DNA of 64,000 nucleotides from Alphaproteobacteria bacterium (GCA_965205265.1 CBDBGH010000003.1:1696001-1760000), one strand, 5' to 3'; positions 9,360 to 19,344 are shown, counted from the stretch's first letter. Program-made: numbers and translations. The notes: generated from the letters alone by a model not told the origin.

Positions 9360-10600
9360 GGGATGCGCCCCGTCTCGGCGGCCGTCACGCAGTCCTCCAT
9401 GCCGACGAGCGCCGGCCGGTAGCCGTAGCCGCCCAGGATGTTGACGATCTTGACCGAATTGCTGAGCAGTCGGGTCCAACCGTTCGCCTCGCCGATCTCG
9501 CGCGCATACTGGTTGTAGAAGCATGTGCCGCGCAGCACGACCGCGCCCGAGGCCTCGATCCGCGCGACGATGCCGAGCCGTTCGCAATCGGCCGCCACCG
9601 TCGGCGAGGTGCACACGATCAGCGCCGTCCGCTCATGCACCCGGCGGCCCTCCAGCAGCTCCGCGACCCGCGCCATCTCCACATGGCTGAGCTGCGGCGC
9701 GGCGAAGACGACCACATCCACCTCGTCGCCGCTCGCGCCGAAATTGCCCCGTAGCCCCTCCAGGTCCTTCCTGCCGATCTCCACCGGCTCCGGCGGCGGA
9801 CCGTCGCATACCGCTTCAAGGTCCGGCGCCTCCGGCGTCACGCCGACGATGTGGAACAGCGGAGTCGAGCCGAAGCTCGCCATGGCGGCGCCGAAATGCT
9901 TCATCTCGTCGGAGGTCGGCGCGCCCTCGATGCCTTCCAGCACCGGCACCTCCCAGTAGGAGCCGCAGAGCCGGCCGATCAACCCGCCGAGCACGCCCCA
10001 ATCCGTCAGCCCCTCCGGTCGTTCCGAGACGATGAAGCGCCTCGTCGCGCGCCGGTTGCGGTCGAGATGCAGGCCGTAGCGCGGCGTCCGCCCGGTGAAG
10101 CCGGCCGCCAGGGCCGAGGGGCCGCCCTCGAAATTGGAGCGCGCGCCCAGCACGCTGTTGCAGTAGATCACCACGCCGGTGTCGCCATAGGCGACATGCT
10201 CGCCCCGCACAGGCGGCATGATCGTCTGGTAGGTGACGCAACTGTCGGTCATCAATATGCCGAGCGCCGTGCAGGCGGCGATCGTGCGGCGTTCGAGCGC
10301 CGCCATTTCTTCCGTCTGGCCGAGCGGGCGGTAATGGGAAAGGTCCACGCCGCGGGGGTCGGTCAGCATCGGCACGGCAACGCGGCGCTCCGCTTCGGGA
10401 TGAGCCGCAAGCCCTTCCAGGAACGCCACGCCGGCCTCACCCAGCGATTCCGTGTCCGCCATCATGTGCGCCTGGGCGACGGGCACGAAGTCTTCCGCAT
10501 CGAACATGCGGCCGACCTCGACCATGTGTTCCACCGCCCAGCGCCGGGGCTCGCCCATCTCTCCGGCCAGCATGGCCCTCTCTTCGTCGTTCAGCCTCAC
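9356..10600 (-). CDS. Aconitase X catalytic (large) subunit, DUF521
   Basis: MRLNDEERAMLAGE, NSVLGARSN, GRTPRYGLHL, KHFGAAMAS, FHIVGVTPEA. Confidence 0.88.
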   Translation of the reverse strand: MRLNDEERAMLAGEMGEPRRWAVEHMVEVGRMFDAEDFVPVAQAHMMADTESLGEAGVAFLEGLAAHPEAERRVAVPMLTDPRGVDLSHYRPLGQTEEMAALERRTIAACTALGILMTDSCVTYQTIMPPVRGEHVAYGDTGVVIYCNSVLGARSNFEGGPSALAAGFTGRTPRYGLHLDRNRRATRRFIVSERPEGLTDWGVLGGLIGRLCGSYWEVPVLEGIEGAPTSDEMKHFGAAMASFGSTPLFHIVGVTPEAPDLEAVCDGPPPEPVEIGRKDLEGLRGNFGASGDEVDVVVFAAPQLSHVEMARVAELLEGRRVHERTALIVCTSPTVAADCERLGIVARIEASGAVVLRGTCFYNQYAREIGEANGWTRLLSNSVKIVNILGGYGYRPALVGMEDCVTAAETGRIP

Positions 10601-10787
10601 GGATCGAACAGCCCCCTTCCGACACGCGCCGACCTTACATGCCGGGCCCGCAAGGCACTACCGTTATCCGGACGCGGAACCGCTCGTCCGGCAGCGATTC
10701 CCGGCTCCCGAGCCTGCCCAATGCCCGGAACGGCGTCGCATCGCCTCCTGCGGCAGGGTGCTGGAAAAGAGGTTCCGCAACACACAG

Positions 10788-11168
10788 CTACTTCGCCCGG
10801 CCCCTCCGGTCCAGCGCGAATGCGGCGATCCAGGCCGGCAGGCTCAGCAGGGCCGCCGCAACCGCAATCGCCGGCAGGCCGAGCAGCCCTGCGAACAACG
10901 CCGCCACTGTTGTAGCTGCGCCCAGCGCTATCCCAGCTGCCGAAGCAGCGGCGCGATAGCCGAGACGCCAGAGACGCCGGCAGGCCAGAGCCAGAGGCAG
11001 GCCGCAAACCGTTACCGGTGCCAGAGACAACAGCGCGCCGCCGAGGCCGGCACCTGCCAGCAGCCCGTCCCCGAACCGAATTACGGCCGTCACCGCAATT
11101 CCCGCCGGCAACCAGAGCAGCGCCGGAACCCAGAAGCCGAACGGCACAATGCGTCTTCGGTCGTTCAT
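10788..11168 (-). CDS. Small hypothetical membrane protein
   Basis: 126-aa hydrophobic ORF (about 4 TM), co-oriented with neighbours. Confidence 0.55.
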   Translation of the reverse strand: MNDRRRIVPFGFWVPALLWLPAGIAVTAVIRFGDGLLAGAGLGGALLSLAPVTVCGLPLALACRRLWRLGYRAAASAAGIALGAATTVAALFAGLLGLPAIAVAAALLSLPAWIAAFALDRRGRAK

Positions 11169-11197
11169 GCGCTATTCGAGCGCGAAGGGCCGGACCA

Positions 11198-11330
11198 ATG
11201 CCAGCGGCACCGGTATGCGACTCACGAAGAATGCCGCCCCGGCCCCGGCTTCCCCGCTGCCGGGAAAGGTTCCGGATCGCCCCGGATCGGGGTCCGTGAC
11301 AAGCTGCTGGCGCGCCGTCCGGGACGATGG
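11198..11330. repeat. Degenerate REP/MITE-like element related to 55834-56068
   Basis: TGCCAGCGGC resembles the TACCAGCGGC end; CCCGGATCGG...GCGCGCCGTCCGGGACGA resembles 55997-56029. Confidence 0.4.
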
Positions 11331-11347
11331 AAGAGGCTTATCGGTTC

Positions 11348-12130
11348 TTACCCGCAGCCGTCGGTGCAAGGCAGCGAATATTCCGCCTCCGAGACCGGCT
11401 TGCCCTCGGGATTGACGAGGCGCATGCGGCCGTTGCGGCGCTGGAGGCTCAGGCGGTCGTCCCAGAACATCGGGCGCAGGAAGCGTATGGCGAGGTCGAG
11501 GCGTCCGGGCATGATGTCCCCGGCAAGCGCGGCGACATAATAGTGGATGCCCATGAGGCCCGCGGCTATCGGGGCCCGGAAGCCGTAGCGCGCCGCGACC
11601 TCGGGATCGTTGTGGATCGCGTTCAGCGAATCGTCGCTGTAAGCCGCCACGCCCTCCGGCGTCAGCCGGTGTTCGGCGATCCGTTCGAAGGCGTCTTCGT
11701 CGGGAACGGGCGCGCCGCCCCCGCCGGGGCCCCGCTTGCGCGCCGGGTCGGGCCTGAGCCCGGAGCGTTCCGTCTCGCAAACCTCCCTGCCCTCGCGGTC
11801 GCGGTAGCTGAACCGGCACCACACCCGCCGCCCGCGCGGCACGGCCTCGATCCGCGTGACCTCGCCTGCGACGGTCAAGGGCTCTTCCACCCGCACGGCG
11901 CGATGCAGGCGGAAGCGCTGCGTCATATGCACCTGCCCCAGCAGAGAGATGCCGGACTCGTGCATCGCCTTGAGCGCGCCGTGCCCGAGGAAGGTCGGAT
12001 CGGCCAGGTCTCCGTAACGCCCGGCATCGATGCCGGCCGCGCCGAGTTTCGCTTCCTGGAAGGCGCGTTCGACGGAAAACGCCACCGTCTCGAACGCGAA
12101 CCCGGGCTCCAGCAGTTCATCCCCTTGCAT
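11348..12130 (-). CDS. MaoC-like double hot-dog fold dehydratase
   Basis: NAIHNDPEVAARYGFRAPIAAG, IRFLRPMFWDD; start MQGDEL at 12130. Confidence 0.75.
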   Translation of the reverse strand: MQGDELLEPGFAFETVAFSVERAFQEAKLGAAGIDAGRYGDLADPTFLGHGALKAMHESGISLLGQVHMTQRFRLHRAVRVEEPLTVAGEVTRIEAVPRGRRVWCRFSYRDREGREVCETERSGLRPDPARKRGPGGGGAPVPDEDAFERIAEHRLTPEGVAAYSDDSLNAIHNDPEVAARYGFRAPIAAGLMGIHYYVAALAGDIMPGRLDLAIRFLRPMFWDDRLSLQRRNGRMRLVNPEGKPVSEAEYSLPCTDGCG

Positions 12131-12195
12131 CGGTCCCGACCCTCGTTTCGTCCCCATCCCGCCGCGGCGGGCGAGCGCGCCTGCGAACATCCGGC

Positions 12196-14514
12196 TCAAC
12201 GCGGCCAGTCGTCCTCGCGGTAGAGGAACATCGGGCTGCTCCACGCCTGGAACCCGTCCTCCGTGAACACCGACACCCAGACCGGGTTGTCGCCCTTTGC
12301 CGAGAGCGGCACCTCCAACTCGGTCGAGAATTCCCGGCAGGAGAGTTCGTCGGGCAGCCGGAACACCCTGATCCGCCGCTCGAGGCCGCCCGCTTCCATG
12401 ATCCAGTCCTCGAGGCCGATCTCGGAGAGCGGATGGTCGAGCGCGCCCAGATTGCTGGTCAGGTGGAACATGCTGTCCGACGTCTCGGCGAGCCAAGCAT
12501 CGAAGCCCCCGAAATTGCCGGTGGTGATGGCGTCGAACACGACCGTGTCCCGCCCCCTCTGCTCCAGCAGCCGTTCCTTGTTCCAGGCATTGATGGGCTC
12601 CATGCGCAGGATCGACGCATGCTGGAAGCGCGCCCGGCCCTTCCAGTTGGTTTCGCGCCCGCGCCCCCTGTATTCCGCGCCGCTCCACAGCACGCGGATG
12701 CGGGAGCCGAGCGCGTCCGCGCCGTGGGGACGGAGCGTGCGGAACACCTGCGTGCCGTTGCGGACCTCGATCCGCTCGATGGGCGACTGCGTCACGACTT
12801 CGAGCGAGAGCGTGACCGCCGCATCGTCCGTCTGCGCGATGTCGCCCATCATGATCTCGCCGACCGGCTGCGGCGCCTCGCCCTCGAAAGCGTGCGGGTC
12901 GCGCTCGAAAAGCTTACCCCCGGCCCGGAACCGGGCGCGGACATCGAGATGCATCCGGGTGCCGGTGGTACCGTAGGTGTGACGGCGCTGGACCGCATCC
13001 ATGATGCCGTCCCGGCTCAGCTCCGTCGCGTAGAAGCAGGTGAGCCCCCCATACGCCCCGAAGGTCGAGGCGCCGGGGTAACTTGCTCCCGGCCGGCCCT
13101 TGTGGCCATCGCTGTTGCAAACCACGCCCGAGCGGTGGCCGAGGGGGAAGCCGTCGGTCAGCAGCCACTCGAAGGTGCCCCAGGCCGAATGGATCTCCAT
13201 TGCGGCTTCCCGGCACGGATCGTGGGCATAGCCGATGTCGGCGTAGCGGCCGCCCACATGCGCGTAGATGAAACAATCCTCGTCGGCCAGCATCTCGAAC
13301 AGGCGGTTGGCGTTGGGCGCATCCGTGTCGAGATCGGAGCGGTCGGTCAGCAGGGCATGCGAGGAGCGGTGGATCGGCCGGCCCTCGCGGCGGAAATACA
13401 CATTGCGGTCGCCGCCGACCGCCGTGTTGCCGGACCACTCGTAACCGGGAAAGGTGACGAAGCGGCCGTCCTGGTGGTGCTCCGCCGTCAACTGGTTCAC
13501 ATGCTCCCAGAAGGTGTTGTTGACCTGGAAGTCGTTGGCCTGGTGGGCGGTCGCATCGAGGAAGGACTTGTTGCGGGCGAAGTCGAAATACTGCCGCGCC
13601 GTGGTGATGCCGATGCTCTCGCCGCTCTGCCCGTGCAGGTCGCCCCAATAGCCGCCGAACGGCCCGTCCCGGACGACAAGCGGATGGGATTCCGCCGCAA
13701 TCGTCCCGTCTTCGCCTCGCACAACGATGCGCAATATGCCCGGCTCGCTCACCGAGAGGCCCTCGAAACAGACCGATTTGCGGCCGAGCGGATAGTCCAC
13801 TTCGGCCGGCAGCCCGGATACCGGCATGGTGCTGTCCAGCGTGAACCGCCCGCTCGCCCGGTCCGTCGGGTTGCCCCAGACATCCTCCGCCTTCAGGCCG
13901 AACTGGAACGTCTCGCCGGGCCGGCGGAGCGACGGCAGCACCGCGCGCCAGCAGACCGGCGGCCCGGGCACGACGGAAATGGCCGGCGACTCCGGAATGG
14001 GCACATGGTGGCCGACGGCGCAGACATCGGCGAGGACGCGGAACTGGAAGTCCATCTCCACCATGGTCTGCATCCGCATGCCGGGGGATCCGCCGGAGGT
14101 GTCCCCGAAGGTGATGTGGATGCTGTCGCCCTCGCGCAGGAAACCGCCCATGACATGCGCCGTCAGCGCCTTCCAGCGGGGCCTGGGCGCGCCGTGCGAA
14201 ACATAGGACAGCCGGATCGGCACCCCCTTGCTGGAGCGCGCCGTGACATAGTTGTAGCCGGCGGGATCGTCCATCTGGAGCCCGCCCCAGTCCCCGAGGG
14301 AGCGGAACGAGACCCGGATGCTGCCGGTATCGTCGAGGCCGTAGCGCCCGACGGTATAGACCAGCTCGAATGTCTGGAGGCTGCGCACCTCGACCGGGTC
14401 GTTCGGGCGCAGTTCGGCATAGCCGTAGAGCACCGGGTCGGCGCCCGGCTGCACCGCCGGCCACGCCTCGCCCATCATCTCGTCCGCAAGCGGCCCGTCC
14501 CTGAATTCCTTCAT
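12196..14514 (-). CDS. DUF3604-like PHP/metallohydrolase protein
   Basis: WGDLHGQS, PGYEWS, GGDRNV, MEIHSAWG, NSDGHKGRPG, AWSSP. Confidence 0.8.
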   Translation of the reverse strand: MKEFRDGPLADEMMGEAWPAVQPGADPVLYGYAELRPNDPVEVRSLQTFELVYTVGRYGLDDTGSIRVSFRSLGDWGGLQMDDPAGYNYVTARSSKGVPIRLSYVSHGAPRPRWKALTAHVMGGFLREGDSIHITFGDTSGGSPGMRMQTMVEMDFQFRVLADVCAVGHHVPIPESPAISVVPGPPVCWRAVLPSLRRPGETFQFGLKAEDVWGNPTDRASGRFTLDSTMPVSGLPAEVDYPLGRKSVCFEGLSVSEPGILRIVVRGEDGTIAAESHPLVVRDGPFGGYWGDLHGQSGESIGITTARQYFDFARNKSFLDATAHQANDFQVNNTFWEHVNQLTAEHHQDGRFVTFPGYEWSGNTAVGGDRNVYFRREGRPIHRSSHALLTDRSDLDTDAPNANRLFEMLADEDCFIYAHVGGRYADIGYAHDPCREAAMEIHSAWGTFEWLLTDGFPLGHRSGVVCNSDGHKGRPGASYPGASTFGAYGGLTCFYATELSRDGIMDAVQRRHTYGTTGTRMHLDVRARFRAGGKLFERDPHAFEGEAPQPVGEIMMGDIAQTDDAAVTLSLEVVTQSPIERIEVRNGTQVFRTLRPHGADALGSRIRVLWSGAEYRGRGRETNWKGRARFQHASILRMEPINAWNKERLLEQRGRDTVVFDAITTGNFGGFDAWLAETSDSMFHLTSNLGALDHPLSEIGLEDWIMEAGGLERRIRVFRLPDELSCREFSTELEVPLSAKGDNPVWVSVFTEDGFQAWSSPMFLYREDDWPR

Positions 14515-14632
14515 CGTCGGCTCCTGGGTCTCCGGCGGCGCTCGGGCTGCCCTTCCGGTCCCGCCACGCTCCTCCGCCGGACTCATAAACGACCCGCGCG
14601 CCGGCGGCAAAGGCGGCAGGGACGGGGAAAAA

Positions 14633-15031
14633 TCAGGTCAGCACATCGACCAGTTGCGCCTCGACGATTCTGCGGTCCTGGGTCAGAAGCGTCGCGCCGG
14701 TCACACGGGCGGTTGCGACCAGAATGCGGCCCGCCGGGTCACGATGAAAGAAGTCCGGCAACGAAGCCAGTTCGGCCGCCACCGCCGGCGAGATTCCGTG
14801 CCGCCGCACCAATGGGCGCGCGACCGCCTTTTCCAGCCACTCCCGCAGGGGAATCGCCAGACGAATGCGGCCCAGATCGTGCAGCATCGCCACTTCCCAC
14901 AGCGAAATATCGGAGACCAGCAAGGGCGACTCCGCATTCGCGGACGCAATTGCCTCCCGCTGACGCCGGGACAGCCGGTCGCGGTCTCCATGCCACCAGA
15001 GCAATATATGCGTGTCCAGCAGCGCCTTCAC
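14633..15031 (-). CDS. vapC: VapC PIN-domain toxin (conserved Asp apparently replaced by Gly)
   Basis: LLDTHILLWW, ISLWEVAML, HRDPAGRILVATA, LLTQD; GTGA overlap with the antitoxin. Confidence 0.85.
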   Translation of the reverse strand: MKALLDTHILLWWHGDRDRLSRRQREAIASANAESPLLVSDISLWEVAMLHDLGRIRLAIPLREWLEKAVARPLVRRHGISPAVAAELASLPDFFHRDPAGRILVATARVTGATLLTQDRRIVEAQLVDVLT

Positions 15032-15267
15032 CGCTTCAGGCTGTCCCAGCGCTCCTCCGGAAACACCGGCTCGACGATGTCTTCGAGAATGACGACCGTT
15101 CCCTCCAGCTCGGTCTGGGGGTATCCGTCGCTCTCCCCGGTCGCGCGCGTCAGCTCCGCAACCGGCCGCCCGCGCTTCAGGATCACCACCCGTTCGCCCG
15201 TCTCATGGACGCGGTCGAGAATGGCGAGGCACCGCGCCTTGAAATCGGATGCGTTGATCGTCACCAT
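15028..15267 (-). CDS. Phd/YefM family antitoxin
   Basis: TINASDFKARCLAILDRV...VVILKRGRPVAEL. Confidence 0.88.
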   Translation of the reverse strand: MVTINASDFKARCLAILDRVHETGERVVILKRGRPVAELTRATGESDGYPQTELEGTVVILEDIVEPVFPEERWDSLKR

Positions 15268-15302
15268 ATGACCAGTATTCGTGACCGGTCATATGACGTC
15301 AA
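15265..15302 (-). promoter_or_regulatory. TA promoter/operator, probably leaderless
   Basis: Minus strand TTGACG-N17-AATACT-N6-ATG; overlapping palindromes CATATGACC..GGTCATATG, TGACCGGTCA and GTCATATGAC. Confidence 0.6.
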
Positions 15303-15414
15303 GATCGACAAACGGCCAATGGCGTTTCTTTTCCGCACGCCGCGCAATGCCTCTATAGTCGAGGATACGGCCGCTGGCGGACGGCGCGGCCGGTCCGCGG
15401 GAGGCTTCGGGACG

Positions 15415-16071
15415 ATGATCCACTACACCTACTGGCGCAGCACGGCCGCCTACCGGGTGCGCATCGCGCTCAACCTCAAGGGCGTGCCCCATGAGTCCGC
15501 CTATGTGCATCTCTCGCGCGACGGCGGCGAGCACAAGCAACCGGCGTACCGGACCAAGAATCCTCAGGGCCTCATCCCGGCGCTCCAGGTCGGAGACACA
15601 GTCTTCGGCCAGTCGCTGGCGATCCTCGAATATCTGGAGGAGACGCACCCCGAGCCGCCGCTATTGCCGAAGGACCCGGTCGAACGGGGCCGCATTCGCG
15701 CGCTTGCCGGCCTGATCGCCTGCGACATGCACCCGGTGAACAATCTCCGCATCCAGATCTATCTGCGCCGGGAGATGGGATGCTCGCGGGAGCAGGTGCT
15801 CGCCTGGTACCGGCACTGGATCGCGGAAGGCTTCGGCGGCATCGAGCCGGAGCTCGCCCGGACGGCGGGCGACTGCTGCTTCGGCGACGAGATCACCATG
15901 GCGGATGTCTGCCTTGTCCCGCAGGTCTTCAACGCCCGGCGCTTCGATTGCGACCTCTCGCCCTATCCGAACATTACCGCCATCGACGCGCGCCTCTCCG
16001 CCCACCCGGCCTTCGCGGCGGCCGAACCGCTCGCGCAGGAAGATGCCGAACCGGACAACGACCCCGGCTGA
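15415..16071 (+). CDS. maiA: Maleylacetoacetate isomerase (GST zeta)
   Basis: YWRSTAAYRVRIALNLKG, IACDMHPVNNLR, ADVCLVPQVFNARRF. Confidence 0.92.
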   Translation: MIHYTYWRSTAAYRVRIALNLKGVPHESAYVHLSRDGGEHKQPAYRTKNPQGLIPALQVGDTVFGQSLAILEYLEETHPEPPLLPKDPVERGRIRALAGLIACDMHPVNNLRIQIYLRREMGCSREQVLAWYRHWIAEGFGGIEPELARTAGDCCFGDEITMADVCLVPQVFNARRFDCDLSPYPNITAIDARLSAHPAFAAAEPLAQEDAEPDNDPG

Positions 16072-16120
16072 CGGCAACGACACCAATCGTTCATTACGGA
16101 ACTTCCGGAGGCCCTGCCCC

Positions 16121-17110
16121 ATGAACCGGCGACGCTTCGGCCGCACGAATATCGAGATTTCGGAACTCACGCTCGGCGGCGGCTTCGTCGGCGGCCTGCT
16201 GCTCCACGCACCGGACGAGGTGAAGCGCGAATGCATCGCGGCCTGCCTCGACGCGGGCATGAACTGGCTCGACACGGCCGCCGACTATGGCGGCGGCGAG
16301 TCCGAGAAGGCGATAAGCTGGCTGACCGCGGAACTGCCGGCGGAGAAGCGCCCGCATATCAGCACCAAGGTCCGGCTGGACGCGGCACGGCGCGACAATT
16401 TCCCGGACCAGGTGCGCGCGTCGATAGAGGGCAGCCTCGAGCGCCTCAAGGTGGACCGGGTGGACCTGCTGATCCTCCACAACCCGCTGGTGCCGGAACC
16501 CGACCGCGCGACGCTGACGCTGGACGAGGCGCTCGGCGTCATCGACTGTTTCGACCGGCTGCGCGAGGAAGGCCTGTTCGACCATGTAGGCTTTACCGCG
16601 CTCGGCGACGGCCCGACGGTCCGCGCCGCCATTGCGTCCGGCCGCTTCGACATGGCGCAGGTCTATTACAACATGCTGAACCCGACGGCCGGCTTCGCAT
16701 TGGGCGGCGGAGCGGGCGCGAACTGGTCGAGCTCGGATTTCACCGGCCTGCTGGACGCCTGCCGGGAGCACGATGTGGGGGTGATGAACATCCGTATCTT
16801 CGCGGCCGGCGTGCTGGCGGCGGACGAGCGCCACGGGCGCGAAATCCCGATCACGGCAAACGCGGAAATGGCGGCCGAAGAGGCCCGTGCCCGGGCAGTG
16901 GTCGAAGCGCTCGGCGAACGCAACGAGACCCGCTCGCAGACCGCGATCCGTTTCGGCCTCAGCCACCCGGCCGTCTCGACCGTCGTGTTCGGCGTCGCCG
17001 AGATGTCTCATGTCCACCAGGCGCTCGCAGCCCCCGGCCTCGGGCCGCTGGAGGAAGACGCGCTCGCCGCGCTCAGGCGGGCATGGTCTTCCGATGCCTT
17101 CCGCGATTAG
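16121..17110 (+). CDS. Aldo/keto reductase
   Basis: LDTAADYGGGESE, ISTKV, SLERLKVDRVDLLILHN. Confidence 0.88.
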   Translation: MNRRRFGRTNIEISELTLGGGFVGGLLLHAPDEVKRECIAACLDAGMNWLDTAADYGGGESEKAISWLTAELPAEKRPHISTKVRLDAARRDNFPDQVRASIEGSLERLKVDRVDLLILHNPLVPEPDRATLTLDEALGVIDCFDRLREEGLFDHVGFTALGDGPTVRAAIASGRFDMAQVYYNMLNPTAGFALGGGAGANWSSSDFTGLLDACREHDVGVMNIRIFAAGVLAADERHGREIPITANAEMAAEEARARAVVEALGERNETRSQTAIRFGLSHPAVSTVVFGVAEMSHVHQALAAPGLGPLEEDALAALRRAWSSDAFRD

Positions 17111-17117
17111 GACGCCC

Positions 17118-18383
17118 GTGACCGCCGGCCGGACACACTACGACGTCATCGTCGCCGGCGGCGGGTCGGCAGGCGTGGCCGCCGCCGTCGCCAGCGCGCG
17201 CATGGGCGCCAATACCCTCCTTCTCGAACGGTACAACTGCCTGGGCGGCGCCGCGACGATGCGCAATGTCGTCACCTATTGCGGCCTCTACACGCTTGGG
17301 GAGACGCCGCGCCGCGTCGTTGGCGGCATCGCCGAAGAGGTCATGCAGGGCCTCAGAAGGCAAGGCGCCGTCGATGGGCCGCACCGGCACCGGGGCGTAT
17401 TCGTCACCTTCGAGCCGGAAGCGGTGAAACCCGTCCTCGACGACCTGGCCGCGGCGGCCGGCGTGACCGTGATGTTTTCCAGTTTCGTCGCAGCCGCGGA
17501 ACGGCGGGACGGCCGGGTGCGGACCATCACCGTTGCCGGCCATTCGGGCCTGAAAAGCTTCACCGCCGGGGCCTTCGTGGATTGCACGGGCGAAGGCGAC
17601 CTTGCGGCCTTCTCCGGCGCCGGCACCCGCTACGGCAATGGCGCGGATGTGAATCTCGGCACGCTCGGCACACGGTTCGGCGGCGTGCCCCGCGCCGTGC
17701 CGGTGACAGCCGAGCGCATTGCCGAGGCGGTCGCAGGACTGGGCGCGAGGGCGGAATCCGTCACCAAGGACCGCAGCGTCGTCGCGCGCCTGCCGATATC
17801 GGGCGATGTCGTCGTCTATCTCGCCTCGGAGGACTACGACCCGCGCGACAGCCTTTCCATGTCGGCCGCGGAGGCCCGCGGCCGGCGGCAGGCCTGGGTC
17901 TATCTGGACGCGCTCCGGACCATCGAAGGCTGCGAGAATGCTTACCTCGTCGCGACGGGCCCGGAATTCGGCACGCGCGAGTCGCGCCATCTCAACTGCC
18001 TGCGGCAACTCGCCTGGGCCGACATCGAAAACCGCGCGAGGTTCGACGACTGCATCGCGCTCGGCGGCTGGGGCGCGGAGTGGCACGACCGCGCCACATA
18101 TTGGAGCACCTTCGACTACGCGCCGGACCGGGGGGCCTATGAGATACCGCTCGGCTGCCTGCGCAGCGCGGACACGGCGAACCTGTTCTGCGCCGGGCGC
18201 CTCGCCGACGGGGACCGGAAGGCCGGCGCCGCCATCCGGGTCATGGGCACCGCCTTCGCCACCGGCCAGGCTGCGGGCATCGCCGCCGCGCTCGAAGCCG
18301 ACGGGCGCTTCGCGGTCTCCGCTGTGCAGGCCGCACTGAAGAAGCAGAACGCCATCCTAGACCCCGCCGATATCCCGGCGTGA
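17118..18383 (+). CDS. FAD-dependent oxidoreductase
   Basis: DVIVAGGGSAGVAAA, FVDCTGEGDLA, GTRESR, RVMGTAFATGQAAG. Confidence 0.85.
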   Translation: MTAGRTHYDVIVAGGGSAGVAAAVASARMGANTLLLERYNCLGGAATMRNVVTYCGLYTLGETPRRVVGGIAEEVMQGLRRQGAVDGPHRHRGVFVTFEPEAVKPVLDDLAAAAGVTVMFSSFVAAAERRDGRVRTITVAGHSGLKSFTAGAFVDCTGEGDLAAFSGAGTRYGNGADVNLGTLGTRFGGVPRAVPVTAERIAEAVAGLGARAESVTKDRSVVARLPISGDVVVYLASEDYDPRDSLSMSAAEARGRRQAWVYLDALRTIEGCENAYLVATGPEFGTRESRHLNCLRQLAWADIENRARFDDCIALGGWGAEWHDRATYWSTFDYAPDRGAYEIPLGCLRSADTANLFCAGRLADGDRKAGAAIRVMGTAFATGQAAGIAAALEADGRFAVSAVQAALKKQNAILDPADIPA

Positions 18384-18401
18384 AAGGGGTCGAAGGCGGG
18401 G

Positions 18402-19325
18402 CTATTCCTTCGGCGCGGCGATCAGGCCGTAATGCTGCGGCTGGCGATGCAAGGCGAAGTCGAAGATCTGGCGGCGGATTTCGTCGCAGCGGTCGAGGTC
18501 GCAGTCCGCAACGACCACCTCGTCGCCAACGCCCTGGGCCATGGCCACGATCTCGCCCGTGGGCGCGACGATGGCGCTCTGGCCGATCAGGTCGCAACCC
18601 TCCTCCCGGCCGGCCTTGGCCACGCCCACCACCCAATTGCCGTTCTGGTAGGCGCCGGCCTGCATGGAGAGGTGGTTGTGGAACCACATCAGATGGTCGT
18701 GCTCGGGCACGGGCGGGTTGTGGGTCGGGGTGTTGTAGCCGAGCATGACCAGTTCGACCCCTTGCAGGCCCATCACCCGGTAGGTCTCCGGCCAGCGGCG
18801 GTCGTTGCAGATGCACATGCCCATCTTGCCGCCGAAGGCCTCGAACACCGGAAAGCCCAGGTCGCCCGGCTCGAAATAGGCCTTCTCCAGGTGCTGGAAC
18901 GGTCGCCAGGGCTCATGCTCGGCATGGCCCGGAAGGTGGATCTTGCGGTATTTGCCGACGATCTCGCCCTTGCCGTCCACCAGGATGGAGGTGTTGAAGC
19001 GCCGCTTGCCGCCGCCCGGCTCCCGGACCAGTTCCGCATAGCCGAGATAGAAGCCCACCCCGAGTTCCGCCGCCAGTTCGAACAGCGGGCGCACGGCCGC
19101 ATTCGGCATCTCGGTTTCGTAGAAGGCGTCGAGTTCCGCCTCGTCCTCCAAATACCAGCGGGGGAAGAAGCTGGTGAGCGCAAGTTCGGGAAAAACCACG
19201 ATCTTCGCGCCCTTGGCGTGAGCCTCGCGCATCATCTCGCACATGCGCGCAACGCAGGATTGCCGCGACTCCTCGCGGGCGATGGGGCCCATCTGGGCGG
19301 CGGCAACGCCTATCCGTCTGGCCAT
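18402..19325 (-). CDS. N-carbamoyl-D-amino-acid hydrolase (nitrilase superfamily)
   Basis: FPELALTSFFPRW, YRKIHLPGH, QHLEK, ICNDRRWPE (E-K-C triad). Confidence 0.92.
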   Translation of the reverse strand: MARRIGVAAAQMGPIAREESRQSCVARMCEMMREAHAKGAKIVVFPELALTSFFPRWYLEDEAELDAFYETEMPNAAVRPLFELAAELGVGFYLGYAELVREPGGGKRRFNTSILVDGKGEIVGKYRKIHLPGHAEHEPWRPFQHLEKAYFEPGDLGFPVFEAFGGKMGMCICNDRRWPETYRVMGLQGVELVMLGYNTPTHNPPVPEHDHLMWFHNHLSMQAGAYQNGNWVVGVAKAGREEGCDLIGQSAIVAPTGEIVAMAQGVGDEVVVADCDLDRCDEIRRQIFDFALHRQPQHYGLIAAPKE

Positions 19326-19344
19326 GGCGGTCTCCTCCCGGGTG

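Noticed and set aside
12433-15414. Very long ORFs (1212, 1195, 1167 and 1079 aa) antisense to real genes
   Set aside because: Shadow ORFs typical of high-GC codon bias; only the maiA portion from 15415 is real
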